Source of the DNA: Octopus bimaculoides
Taxonomy: Eukaryota
Reading direction: 5' to 3'
Length of the DNA: 64,000 nucleotides
Assembly: GCF_001194135.2 (NCBI RefSeq)
Contig: NC_069006.1
Coordinates: forward strand, 11,365,088 to 11,429,087
Made by a program: the position numbers and the translations under genes. This document shows, piece by piece, positions 13,224 through 26,228 of the stretch (positions are counted from its first letter, which is position 1; each line of letters begins with the position of its first letter). Below the pieces are notes generated by a model. It was not told the DNA's origin. It made no database searches and saw only the letters and a program-made list of their open reading frames with translations.

Positions 13224-13359
13224 ACATAATTAAGGGATCAGCAAACAGTTGCTTCACCACATACTGAAGTTCAGAAATAGCAGCTAAAAAGCTTTTTAGC
13301 TGCTATTTCTGAACTTCGGTATGTGGTGAAGCAACTGTTTGCTGATCCCTTAATTATGT
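13224..13359. repeat. 136-bp loopless palindrome
   Basis: Centre aaaaag|cttttt at 13291/13292; one G-T mismatch. Confidence 0.92.
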
Positions 13360-13477
13360 TTATAAATGTATAAGAACTTTTAAATAAGTTCTCCACCGAT
13401 AATGGTGTTTACATACCGAAGGGCTTGGTAAAAATTATTAATTGTTAATTTATTAATAAATTGATAAACCTTTACCC

Positions 13478-13512
<35 letters not shown>

Positions 13513-13672
13513 ACTGTGTGGTTAAGAAGTTGATTTCCCAACCAACTGATGTCAAGTTCAGTCCCACATCATGGCACCTAGGACATGTGTCTTCTATTGC
13601 AGCCCTATGCTGACCAATGTCTTCTGAGTAAATTCAGTCGATGGAAACTGTGTGGAAGTCCATTTTTATATA

Positions 13673-14162
13673 CAGGGTGATTGAAAAGTAACTCCCTATT
13701 ATAAAATACTTGGAAAATTATTTATTAATTGTAATTTTTTTCTCAAACATTTTATGTTTGATTTTTGAAGTGTGAGAATTTAATTTGTAATCGTATTGTC
13801 CTTGTCGTTCGTGAATGGCTGAATGCCCACTTCCGCAGGAGGTGAATGGGTCATTGTAGTATACACGTGTGGCCAGCGAAGAGTCCCGACTTAACAGCCT
13901 GTGATTTTTTTCTTTGGGATTGGTTAAAGGAACAAGTCTACTGCACCAAGTCAAAGACTTTGGAAGAACTTGAAAGGCGAATACGAGAAGTTATATCTTC
14001 CGTTCCACAAGGTTCCTGGTGAAATCACTTCATGCAGTTCCTGGGCGACTCAAGAAGCTGGTGGCAACATCTGGAGTCCATATCCTATTTTAAATAAAAC
14101 CTCATACTAAAACCTGTCCTTATAAGTATTTTAAGATAGGGAGTTACTTTTCAATCACCCTG
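13673..14162 (+). mobile_element. Internally deleted mariner-like element
   Basis: Perfect 27-bp TIR cagggtgattgaaaagtaactccctat with TA on both flanks. The interior encodes WPAKSPDLTACDFFLWDWLKEQVY...LEELERRIREVI. Confidence 0.92.
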
Positions 14163-14490
14163 TATATATTTATATATATGTGTGTTTGTGTATGTATGTA
14201 TATCTGTGTGTCTGTGTTTGTCATACCCCTCCCCCAGAAAGAGACCAGTGGAACAAGCACCAAACTTAACGAAAGCCTTAAGTACTGGGGGTCAATTTGT
14301 TCAACTGAAATTCTTCAAAGTGGTGCCCCAGTATGGCCGCTATCCAGTGACTGAAAATACTAAAATACCACAAATAACTTGTGCAGGCAGTAATGAGTGG
14401 AGAGCAAGAGTGTGAGTGGGTGTGTGGGTGTAATGTTGTTCCTGCTTTGTTTATTTCTATTTTGTCTGATTTCTTTTTCTGTCTTTCCAG

Positions 14491-14613
14491 ATTTTGGATG
14501 TGGAGAGGATGCTGGCCAAAAGTGCTACACCTGCTGAGATCATTGCTATGGAAACACCACAACAAACCATGGAAAACCATCCCGTGATTCGAACACTCTA
14601 CGACCATAACTCT
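14491..14613 (+). CDS. CSTF1: CstF-50 exon: [41 protein letters not shown]
   Basis: ttccag acceptor, gtaagt donor, 123 nt. Matches human [12 protein letters not shown]...[13 protein letters not shown]. Confidence 0.96.
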
Positions 14614-15444
14614 GTAAGTCAAGCATCTTCCCTGCTGTTCTTTGGGTTTTACTGGGGATGATGGTGGAGTAGTTGTGGTGTAATGTTGTGGCAGGGGTGG
14701 TAGGTTTACTGATCTATAGTATCATGTAATGTGTGGTGGTGGTGAAGGCACGTGGCTTAGTGGTTATGGCAATCGGCTCACGATCGTAAGGTCATGAGTT
14801 TAATTCCCAGTGACGTGTTGTGACACTTTAATCCACGTTGCTCCAGTCCACTCAGCTGGCCAAACTGAGTTCAACCTGTATTTCAAAGGGCCAGTCTTGT
14901 CACGCTCTGTGTCATGCTGAATCTCTCCCTGAGAACTATGTTATGGGCACACGTGTCTGTGGAGTACTCAGCCACTTGCACATTAATTTCATGAACAAGC
15001 TGTTCTGTTGATCATATCAGCTGGGAGCCCCATCGTCGTAACTGACAGAGTGCTCCTAAAAAATGAGAGGTGGTGGTAGTAGAAAGTAGCGTCACTGATG
15101 TTGTGTGATGTGGTAGTGTTGGGTATTGTGGAGGTGGTAGCTGTAGTGTCTCTCAGATGTTTAGGGTGTAATAATGCAGTTTCCTCTGCATCTAACCATG
15201 TGATATAGGGCTCTTTCATATCGATTGCAAATGTTCTGCACCATGTAGTTTTTGGTCCTTCTCATTTCCTTTTTCCCTCCGGTGAGATCCATCTGAAAGC
15301 TGTTTGAGAAAAGTGTTATTCCGTTGCTGGAATATGTGTGACCTGCTAGTTTTAATTTCTATTCTCTGGTGATTCTGCCAAGTGACCTCATATTGGCTCT
15401 CGTTTGAATAGGTGTCTTGCTATAAAGGAGATATATGGCTTCCC

Positions 15445-15477
<33 letters not shown>

Positions 15478-15812
15478 CTGTCTCCTTGTCTTGATATTTA
15501 CTGACAGTAAATAAATATTACAGTGTAGTAAAGATAACATGGCAGATCTGGTTTAGGACTGCCATGTTATGTTGGCAAACAATTTTTACTACAAAGTACT
15601 GTTGCTGAATATCTCACGTTGTGAGATTTAAAAATAGTAATTTACAAATATTACAGTGTTGTCCACTCTGCTGGGTGGTTGGTGTTAGGAAGGGCATCCA
15701 GTCAAAGAAACCCTGCACAAACAGACACAGAAGTCAAGCGCAGGCTTCTGCCTGGCCGGCTCCTGTCAAACCATGCCAGCGATGGAAGGTGGACGTTAAA
15801 TGATGATGACGA

Positions 15813-16217
15813 CAATGATGTTATTACAAACAGTGTTGTTTGTTTGCAATCTTTTGTGAAAAGATGCCCAAATAAAGGGGAAATACCATCTTGTTTGGAA
15901 AAAGTAAAGGTTGTCTACAAAAAGGGCATCTGGCTGTGGAAAATTAGCTTTGATAAACTCTGGCCAACCCATACGAGCATTGTAAAGTGAGCGTTCAAAC
16001 AATAACAATGAGATGTGGAAGTCGATAAATGCATATTTTGCATTTTCTCTTCACTGTATGCCTGTCTCTTTCTCTCTTAGTAATCATGTCTATCTCAAAC
16101 TCTCTCTCTTTCTCTCTTAGTAATCATGTCTATCTCTAACTCTCTCTCTCTCTCTCTTTCTTTCCTCTACATGCAGGAATCAGCCCCAATTCAATGTTTG
16201 TCATTCTACCCGTCTGG
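15813..16217 (+). pseudogene. Duplicate of 17764-18165 carrying the 3' splice site and first 41 nt of CSTF1 exon 18125 (pseudo-exon from 16177)
   Basis: The two segments align along ~400 bp at roughly 90%, then diverge after ...cgtctgg. Confidence 0.85.
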
Positions 16218-16651
16218 TTATGTGGTCTTGTTTGTACATTCGCAGAAACCTTCTCAGGCATCTTTGGTGGAACGTATTTGGCTTTCTATCATTTTTCACT
16301 GTGCTCTTCCATGTCTCATTGACACAAAGAACTGCTGGTAGAACTATGCTATCATATAGAACTGAAGCTTTGTGTGTAGGTCAACTGTGTTGGAGGACCC
16401 AGTAGTGCACATTCAAATACAGCTGTACATGTTGTAGCATAACATGTCTACACTCTACATGTAGTGTGTCTCTATAGACAGTACATGTTTAGGTTCAGGG
16501 TGTCTATATAGACAGTACATGCTGTAGTGTAGTGTGTCTCTATAGACTGTATATAACTGGATATGTTGTGATAATGCGTGTCCATGTTGACCAGTCGACC
16601 AAGGGGTTGGTACCTCTCATTAAACTTGAACTATTGATGTTTCCATTCCAG

Positions 16652-16774
16652 GAAGTGACGTCCCTTGACTTTCATCCATTCCATCAGATCCTCGTCTCTG
16701 GCAGCAAAGATTTCAGTGTGAAATTCTTTGAATTTTCGAAACCCTCAGTGAAAAAAGCTTACAAGAGTATCCAG
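16652..16774 (+). CDS. CSTF1: CstF-50 exon: [41 protein letters not shown]
   Basis: ttccag acceptor and CAG|gtgagt donor. WD40 repeat matching human [41 protein letters not shown]. Confidence 0.96.
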
Positions 16775-18124
16775 GTGAGTTTGTTGTTGCTGTTGTTGTT
16801 AATAATGGTGATGGTGGTGATGGCTTGTTGTTGTTGTTAATGATGATGGTGATGATAATAGTTACTGTTGTTGCTGCTATTAATGTTGGTGGTGGCAGCA
16901 GCAGCTCCTAGTTATTGTGAATGATGGTGTTGGTGGTGGCTGCAATTTGTTGTTGTTGGTCTTGGTTCAGACTTGATTGAAAGTAAACCTACTCTCAAAA
17001 GCAATCCAGCCATGACCAACCCTTCATTATTTCAGGCAGACAAAGTGTATATCTACAACTATATTATCTAATATGTCCTTCTCTTTCTGAGATGGGGAAG
17101 TGTTATTTTGGAAGGAGATTTGACTGCTGTTTCTTGCATGTTGGACAACCAGATAAAAGAATGAACAGCAGAGTCAGTCTTAGCGAGATTTCAAACCAAG
17201 TCATAAATATTTTCTATTTTATCGGTACAGGATTATTCGTCTATCATCCATTTAATTCCCACTGGCAAACATAAAACCAAGATGGGACACCATGATGTGA
17301 TAAAAATTCGTTGAATAACCTATGCTCCCAGTGCTAATTGACCAATCAAATATGTTGTGTGATAATGACAGTAAAAGTGAAGTGAAGTCTCTCTTGGCTC
17401 CCTACAACTCAAGGAGTCAGTTTCCCAATTTCCATGGCGTTTAGACAACTGAGATCACAACAAGAGGCCACTCTGTCACAAAGTTACTCATTTACAGGTT
17501 GAGTGGATTGGAGCAATATGAAATGAAATGTCTTGCTCAAGGACGCAATGCATTGCCTGCTCCAGGAATTGAAATTGCAATCACAAGATCATGGGTACAA
17601 TACCCTAACTACGAAACAACATGCCTTCATGGGGTGTTGATAGCAGTTAAAATAGCCAAAATAAAGTACAGCATCTCACTCTGTATGGGGTGTAGTTGGT
17701 AACATAGTCACCCACGAAGTAAGGGAGATTCATCGTTCTAATTACACCACTGATTCTGTTGCTCAATGATGTTATTACAAACAGTGTTGTTTGTTTGCAG
17801 TCTCCTGTGAAAAGATGCCCAAATAAAGGGGAAATACCATCTTGTTTGGAAATAAGTAAAGATTGTCCACAAAAAGGGCATCTGGCTGTGGAAAATTAGC
17901 TTTGATAAACTCTGGACAACCCATGCGAGTAGTATAAAGTGGGCGTTCAAACAATAACAATGAGATGTGGAGGTCAATAAATGCATCTTTTGCATTTTCT
18001 CTTCACTGTATGCCTGTCTCTCTCTTTCTCTCTTAGTAATCATGTCTATGTCTAACTCTCTCTCTTTCTCTCTTAGTAATCATGTGTCTCTAACTCTCTC
18101 TCTCTCTCTTTCCTCTACATGCAG

Positions 18125-18200
18125 GAATCAGCCCCAGTTCGATGTTTGTCATTCCACCCGTCTGGAGAGTATATATTGGTTGGAACACAACATCCTGTGC
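18125..18200 (+). CDS. CSTF1: CstF-50 exon: [25 protein letters not shown]
   Basis: atgcag acceptor, gtaagt donor, 76 nt. Matches human [18 protein letters not shown]. Confidence 0.95.
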
Positions 18201-18361
18201 GTAAGTAACTTTTAATCTTTGTGGTATACGATTCATCCAGAAGATGGACATTGTATGAATTTGTAAACCTGTCTGACCTTCCTCACACCTCATTCACTAC
18301 TGTGGGTTGGTGATGATGGCAGTGTTTGTGGGGATGTCAGAAAATATTCTTTCGTAAAATA

Positions 18362-18597
18362 CAGGGTGGCCCAAAAATAGGTTCACAGTTATCACGTAGA
18401 CATTTTAAATTTCTTTTAACACACTTTATTACATTTAAATTTCTATCTTACAAACTGAAAAGAGAGCTTGACAAAATTAACTAAATTAGCATAGAATAAT
18501 GGTTTCATATTTTTTTTATAATTAAGATCTAAACTGTTAATATATGAATGTGAAAGAGATAGTTGAAGAACTGTAAACCTACTTTTGTGCCACCCTG
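18362..18597. mobile_element. Tc1/mariner-type MITE
   Basis: TIR cagggtggcccaaaa / ttttgtgccaccctg with TA on the left. A second copy lies at 29167-29369. Confidence 0.8.
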
Positions 18598-19299
18598 TGT
18601 ATTCTTCATCTCATTTGCATCTGACTTCCACTCACACTCTCCTCATTTTCTGCTTCCCTAAGACACAACTCACTTCTTCACTAATACTCAACTCTCTCTC
18701 TCTCTCTCTCCTCTTCATTCAGTTCTTTTTATATCGTCTTAGAAATTCCTTTATACGTATGCACACACGCATGCATACACGCACACACAACCACCGTATG
18801 TTATACATGCAACATGCATAATGAGTGCAATCTCTATCTATTACATACACAGTACCACTGTCAAACACACACACACTTTCACTGTCTCTTACTCACACAC
18901 ATACATATACACTGTATATTAAACACACATGCACACACAATCACTATTACATACATACACAAACTCACTTTTATATATACTCACCCACACTCTCAGTCTG
19001 TTTACCCACACTCACACACACATACTATCTATTGCACACACAAACACATACACACACACATGCTATCTGTTACACAAACACACATACACACACACATGCT
19101 ATCTGTTACACATAAACACGCACATACACACACATACACACACACACACATGCTTTCTGTTACACACACAAACACGCATATGCACACACACTCATTAAAT
19201 CAGTTTACTTACATTCATCCTTACCTGTTGTTATTGTTATTACCTTTGGAGTAAATTAATTAACTCACCTGTCGAAGTTCTCTTCTCATCTTCCTACAG

Positions 19300-19379
19300 T
19301 ACGACTGTATGATGTCAATACATTCCAGTGTTTCGTCTCAGGCAATCCAGCTGACCAACATGTTGGACCAGTAACATCG
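19300..19379 (+). CDS. CSTF1: CstF-50 exon: [27 protein letters not shown]
   Basis: cctacag acceptor and TCG|gtaaac donor; phase fits both neighbours. Matches human [21 protein letters not shown]. Confidence 0.94.
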
Positions 19380-20477
19380 GTAAACATCTACGTAACATAA
19401 TCCTCTGAGTAACGATGGGGGGTGGGGAGTTTTTATATGAGGTGTTTTATGTGTTTGTTTGTTTTTTGTGTTACCTTCACTTTACATCAATGCCAGCTAC
19501 TACTACTATTACAACCACACTACTACTGCACCTCACTACCACCACTAAAGTTCCCCACCCTCACTACTACAATACCCTGTCAACACCACTACAGTACTAT
19601 TACCACAACAACAGTACTCCAACCATTTCCATTATAGTATCACATTCACTACTACAATAGCTACCTATGTATCATACTCAATGTATACACACTGTTGATT
19701 GACCAGTTAAGATAAAAAGATCCTCTTTGGTAATGAGTGACCATGAGACTGCACCTAGAAAGTTCCCCTCCAAGGCACCAGTCTGGGTATGGTGGTTTTG
19801 TGGAAGACCAGCAGTCGCCCATGCATACCAGCCTCCCCTCTTCGTGACACTGATGTCATCCAAGGGAAAGGCAAAGGGGCCGATACAGCTTGGCACCAGT
19901 GATGTCGCAACTCATTTCTACAGCTGAGTGAACTGGAGCAACGTGAAATAAAGTGTCTTGCTCAAGACCACAACACACAGTCTGATCCAGGGATTGAACT
20001 CACTACCTCACAATTTTAAGCATGACTTTCTAACCACTGAGCCATGCACTTACCATAGATCAGTTACTATAGCATTTATCCTGAGACATCATCTCTTATA
20101 GGTATGCTGTGTTAAAAACATACTACTACAGTACCACCACCAATACTACAGTACCCCAGAACCCACACCAGTTCTCTATTCTACCACTAATATACATTAT
20201 TGACTCACCTATATCGGTGTTGTGACCCCTATCTCTTCTATCATAATGTGTCTTATTTACAGCAGGGGTTCAGACCTCATAAGTAACACTGTGAAGAGGG
20301 TGCTTTATTAGACTCGTAGACCTCACTCATGGTCACAGACAGACCCAGGAGGGGATTAACAGCAAACAATGAGTCTTGGCTTCTGACTCCTCCCTGCACC
20401 CCCGTTATCAACCTCAGAGCTTCTTTAGCAGGAGTCATGGGTGCTGCCCACACTTTTGTAAAAACTAACAAACAAAT

Positions 20478-20513
<36 letters not shown>

Positions 20514-20832
20514 TCTCATGATATACACAGACATCTCAAAGGTAAATAGACATCATTTTTGGAAGATTTGTTTCTGGAAACAAAATGATGTAATTTGATG
20601 CGTTTAATCCTGACCAAGTGTTCTACCTGTTTTATGTTAAAACCAGTCAGATCCGATCTCTCACACCTACCCTACACTGTCATTATTGAAAATAAAGTTA
20701 TATTGTCAAGCCCTCGAAGCTATGAGATAAGGCAGTATTAATTGAAAACAATGTGAATATAAATACGTATTATATTTGGCAGTAATTTGAGTGCTGGTCT
20801 CATTTGCCAATAAGTAATTATGACGTCTTCTA

Positions 20833-21064
20833 CAGGGTGTTCAAAAAGGTCTCTCCACAGTGAAATCAACCTAGGAAGTGCTCACATGGCAGTAAAAAAG
20901 AAATTAAATTTTATGTATTGAAAACAAAGCATGACAATCTCAAAACCCCTTATAAAGTTTTTTAAAGTCTTGTAAAGTCTAATATATTCTTTTGTAGTCT
21001 TATTCTATGCTATAAATATTTTGCAATAAAATACTTACTGCAGAGAGAGTTTTTGAACATCCTG
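20833..21064. mobile_element. Mariner-derived MITE
   Basis: TA-cagggtgttcaaaaaggtctctcc ... gagagagtttttgaacatcctg-TA. Confidence 0.82.
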
Positions 21065-22117
21065 TAGAAACCGAGGTAAATTTTAATAAATTGTGTTGTA
21101 CAGTATTTAATATATCTGCAACTGTTTATATTGTGTGTGTGTGTAAATTCTAAACAATATGAATAAATAAGCATTACATTTGTCAGGGTAATCTAAATGC
21201 TAACAGGTTTAACCCTTTAACATTTAAACTGGCCATATCCAGTTCAAATATTCTACCTGTTTTATGTTCAAAGTTACCAGATCCAGCCTCTCACACGTAC
21301 TCTACAATGTCATACTAAAATTAAACAGTCACATCATTGAAATCTCAAATCTACAAGATAATTGCATGATTAATCCAAAACAATGTGAATAAATAAGTAT
21401 TACATTTGACAGAGTAATCATCATCATCATCATCATCATCATTTAACATCCGTTGTCCATGCTGGCATGGGTTGGACGGTTTGACCAGGGCTGGTAAGCT
21501 GGAAGGCTGCACCAGACTCCAGTCTGATTTGGCACAGTTTTCTACAGCTGGATGCCCTTCCTAACGCCAACCACTCTGAAAGTATAAAGGGTGCTTTTAT
21601 GTGCCATTTGAGTGACACCAATTTTACTTGGCTTGATGGGTCTTCTTCTCAAACACGCCATAATGTCAAAGGTCTCAGTCATTGCCTCCATGAGGCACAA
21701 CACTCAAAAGGAACTCAGCCGCAATGCTAAAGGGTTAAATAATTTAAATCCTTAATCTAGCATTTAGACATGCTTTATACAGTTTTTAATGATTTCCCTC
21801 ATTTGGACATCATACTAACGAGTAGGGGCCTGGCTCTCAGTCAGTTACAAAGGTTCCAGTTGATCTAATCAACAGAACAGCCTGCTCATGAAATTATCAT
21901 GCAAGTGGCTGAGTACTCCACAGACGTGTACCATTAATGTAGTTCTCAGGAAGATTCAGTGTGACACAAAATGTGACAAGGCTGGGTGGACAAGGCTAGC
22001 TGAGTGGAATTGAACTCATGCCCTTACAATCGTAACCTGAATACCCTAACCATTAAACCAAACCTCTTCACAACAAGTAGTGTGTGTACAGATAAAACTG
22101 TATAATGAGAAGTGTCT

Positions 22118-22155
<38 letters not shown>

Positions 22156-22615
22156 CACACGTGTATAGAATCAGATAGACGTATCCAGACAAGCTCCAAC
22201 ATGTTCACCCACAGATGCCCACACATCACACAGACATATTACATTTACACAACTACATACACACACACACTCACACACAACCAGACACTCATAGAGATCC
22301 AGACCCATCTAAACATTCACACACGCGCACACACTCAGATATGTAGATGGCACAATGCTCCACCAGGAATCGAACTCGGGACCTTATGCTTGTGGTCTGA
22401 ACACCCTAACCACTAAGCTACGCACCTTCACAATGAATAGCGTATAGGCACAGGAGTGGCTGTGTGGTAAGTAGTTTGCTTACCAACCCCATGGTTCTGG
22501 GTTCAGTTCCACTGTGTGGCACCCTGAACAAGTGTCTTCTGCTATAGCCTCAGGCTGACCAAAGCCTTGTGAGTGGATTTGGTAGACGGAAACTGAAAGA
22601 AGCCCATCATATATA

Positions 22616-22654
<39 letters not shown>

Positions 22655-22937
22655 TATATATCTCATCATCATTATCATTTAACGTCCGTTTTCCATGCTG
22701 GCATGGGTTGGACAGTTTGACTGAGGTCTGGAAAGTCAGAAGGCTGCACCAGGCTCCAATCTGATCTGGCAAGGTTTCTACAGTTGGATGCCCTTCCTAA
22801 CACCAACTACTCTGAGAGTATAGTGGGTGCTTTTTACGTGCCACCGGCACAGGAGTCAGCCAGGGAAAACTGGCATCGATCGCATTTGGATGGTGCTTTT
22901 TATGTGCCACCAGCACGGGAGCCAGTCAGGAGGCACT

Positions 22938-23241
22938 GGCATCGGCCATGTTTGGATGATGCTTGGTTCTATATATATATGCATACTATCGGTTTCTTTT
23001 GCTGAACTGCTAAGTTATGGGGACATAAACACACCAATATCGGTTGTCAAGTGATGGTAGGGGGAGAAACACAGACACATAAACATATGCATATATATAT
23101 AGAACCAAGCATCATCCAAACATGGCCGATGCCTTTAGTCAAGTAAATCGACACCAGGACTTATTCACTTATTCTTTGTAAACCTAGTACTTACAAAGAA
23201 TAAGTGAATAAGTCCTGGTGTCGATTTACTTGACTAAAGGC
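22938..23241. repeat. Two linked perfect inverted repeats (48-bp arms with 100-bp spacer; 51-bp arms with 9-nt loop)
   Basis: 22938-22985 is the reverse complement of 23086-23133, and 23131-23181 is the reverse complement of 23191-23241. Confidence 0.88.
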
Positions 23242-23588
23242 AGTGCTCCAGCATGGCTGCAGTCACATGACTGAAACAAAAGAAATACAGGAAAAAACTA
23301 TACTGGAAGGGTGTCTATTTATTTTTGAGCTGTCTGTGCATATGCATCTGTCTTTTATATGATGACAAGTGTGATGACATGGCTACATTGTCTTCTTGCT
23401 ACACCACTCAGCCCTAACTCATGAATTCACCTTCCCTTTCACTCAGTTGTTTTGGGGTTTCTAGTGGACCCCACAGTTCTGTTCCCCCTCCATACACACA
23501 CACATGCGTATAATACAGACGTATTGTTTTATCCTTGTATTTCTGTATTTGTTGCTGTTCTTCACTATTTTTCCTCAATTTCTTTCAG

Positions 23589-23744
23589 GTGAGATGGAGT
23601 CCCAACGCTCACCTGTATGTGACCAGTTCTAAAGATGGGGACCTCAAACTGTGGGATGGTGTCAGTAATAAATGCATCAACACATTCAAACATGCCCATG
23701 AGGGGCAGGAAGTCTGTTCGGCTGTGTTCTCCAGGAATTCTAAG
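23589..23744 (+). CDS. CSTF1: CstF-50 exon: [52 protein letters not shown]
   Basis: tttcag acceptor, AAG|gtatga donor, 156 nt. Matches human [43 protein letters not shown]. Confidence 0.96.
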
Positions 23745-25866
23745 GTATGATGATTCATTCTCCTCCTTTCATTTCCATATCTCTCTCTCTCTCTTTGTCT
23801 CCCCTCTCTCACCCCTTGTCTCCCCTCTCTCTTTTCCGCCTCTCTCTCCACTTCCCCCTCTCTTCTCCCCTTCTCCCTCCCCTTTTCTTCCTTCCCCTCT
23901 CTTCTCCCTTCCCTCCTTTCTCCCCTCTCCTCACATCTCTCCCCTTTCTCCCCTCTCTCCTGTCTTCCTTTTTCCCTCCTCCCCTCTCCCCGTTTCTCCG
24001 TCTATCCCTCTCTCTTTATTACCAGTCTCTATATTTCCTACATACAACATAGACAAACATAGATAGACAAACATACGTTTATAAGTATAGTCTGTATATA
24101 TATGCGCAGCCATGGCTGTGTGGTTAAGAAGCTCACTTTGCAACGACGTGATTTCAGGTTCGATCCCACTGCATGGCATCTTGGACAAATATCTTCAACT
24201 ATAGTCCCAAACAACCAACTGATGCCCTGTGAGTGAATTTGGTAGACAGAAATTGGGTGGAAATGCATCTTGTGTGTGTCTTTGTATTTGCGTTTATCAT
24301 GCATACTCGCTGTTTGATAACAAGTGTTTGTTTGTTTACATCCCCGTAATTTACCGATTGGGCAAAAGAGAACTGTAGAATAAGTCCCAGACTTCCAACA
24401 AAACACACAAGTGCAAGGGTTGATCTGTATGACTAAAACCCTTCAAGGTGATGCCCCAGTATGGTCGCAGTCCGATAACTAAACCGAGTTAAGAATAAAC
24501 GTTATATATATATCTATGTGTGTGTGAATGCAATTGAGGGGTAGACGTAAAATGTTACCTCGAATACGTATCCGTCCAACCCATGCTAGTGTGGCAAAAT
24601 GGATGTTAAGTGAATGCACGAATAATTACGTTGTTTAAGCCTCTGAGAACGTCGGCAAGTAATTTTCTCCCTTTACTTACAGTCACTATAAGCCACATTA
24701 AAAATTTTGAGCAAAATCCGTTTTCATAGCACCCAACAGTTATCTCCCTTTAGTAAACTCTATATTGAGCCTCTCCAGAAATTTCAAGGAAGCCTCGGAA
24801 GGGGTTGTGAGTTTTGAACAAAACAGAGGATAGCTAAATTGCTATGCTTTAACTTTCTCCATCTTCATTATGAAGAAAGAATATATGTATATGTAACATT
24901 ATCAAGTTCCCTTAATTGGTGCAGTCAGTCATTGGGGTGTCACTCTAGATGCTTCTGCAGTCAGCCTTCACCACTGATCTCTTTTCTCTGTCATGCATAG
25001 GGAGTTCGCTGTGTTGTGACCTTTCCAGTCCTTGATCTGGTCAGACCCCGGGTTTTCTCTGTCTGCCTCGTTTTCTTTCACCTTAACAAGATGGGGTTTT
25101 TTTAACTGGGAGTATGACAGGATACAGGACTGTACCAGGCAAGCGTCTGTCTTTTTACCTGTGCAAAGAGTGGTTCCTGTCTGCTGGTGTCTTTGTTGAT
25201 TTGCTGCTTGACAAAGCCGTCCATTTTGTGTTCTGTGTTTGCGATGTGAAGCACTTGTGCTGAAATATCTAGATTCTTAACTCCATGTCAGTTGTAAGAA
25301 TGTAAGGAAACTAACACCAGTTGTCAAATGACAGTGCTGGGAGAGCATACACACACACACACACACACGGAGTGGTATATATATATATCTATATATATAT
25401 ATATCTATATATATATACATATATATATATATANNNNNNNNNNNNNNNNNNNNNNNNNNNNNNNNNNNNNNNNNNNNNNNNNNNNNNNNNNNNNNNNNNN
25501 NNNNNNNNNNNNNNNNNNNNNNNNNNNNNNNNNNNNNNNNNNNNNNNNNNNNNNNNNNNNNNNNNNNNNNNNNNNNNNNNNNNNNNNNNNNNNNNNNNNN
25601 NNNNNNNNNNNNNNNNNNNNNNNNNNNNNNNNNNNNNNNNNNNNNNNNNNNNNNNNNNNNNNNNNNNNNNNNNNNNNNNNNNNNNNNNNNNNNNNNNNNN
25701 NNNNNNNNNNNNNNNNNNNNNNNNNNNNNNNNNNNNNNNNNNNNNNNNNNNNNNNNNNNNNNNNNNNNNNNNNNNNNNNNNNNNNNNNNNNNNNNNNNNN
25801 NNNNNNNNNNNNNNNNNNNNNNNNNNNNNNNNNNNNNNNNNNNNNNNNNNNNNNNNNNNNNNNNNN

Positions 25867-25912
<46 letters not shown>

Positions 25913-26083
25913 CATGGGTTTGACACAATTTCTGTCTACCAAATTCAGTCACAAGGCATTGGAATGGGACTGAACTTGAAACCACATGGATGCAAACTGA
26001 CCTTCTTAACCACACGGCCATGCTACATACACTCACACACATTCTTAATCAAAGACTTGTTATTGCTGTCTTGTATGTTTCAG

Positions 26084-26228
26084 TATATCTTGTCAAGTGG
26101 TAAAGATTCCTTGGTCCGGCTGTGGGAATTGTCTACGAATCGATGCCTCATCATTTACACTGGAGCTGGTGCCACCGGTAAGATGGAGCATCGAAGTCAG
26201 ACAGTTTTTAATCACACAGAAGACTACG
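26084..26228 (+). CDS. CSTF1: CstF-50 exon: [48 protein letters not shown]
   Basis: tttcag acceptor and G|gtaagt donor. Matches human [18 protein letters not shown]...AVFNHTEDY. Confidence 0.96.

Noticed and set aside
18585-19254. His/Thr-, Ile/Tyr-, Leu/Ser- and Val/Cys-rich ORFs here and elsewhere (e.g. 23635-24066, 60966-61233)
   Set aside because: Translations of (CA)n, (AT)n and (CT)n microsatellites or low-complexity DNA.
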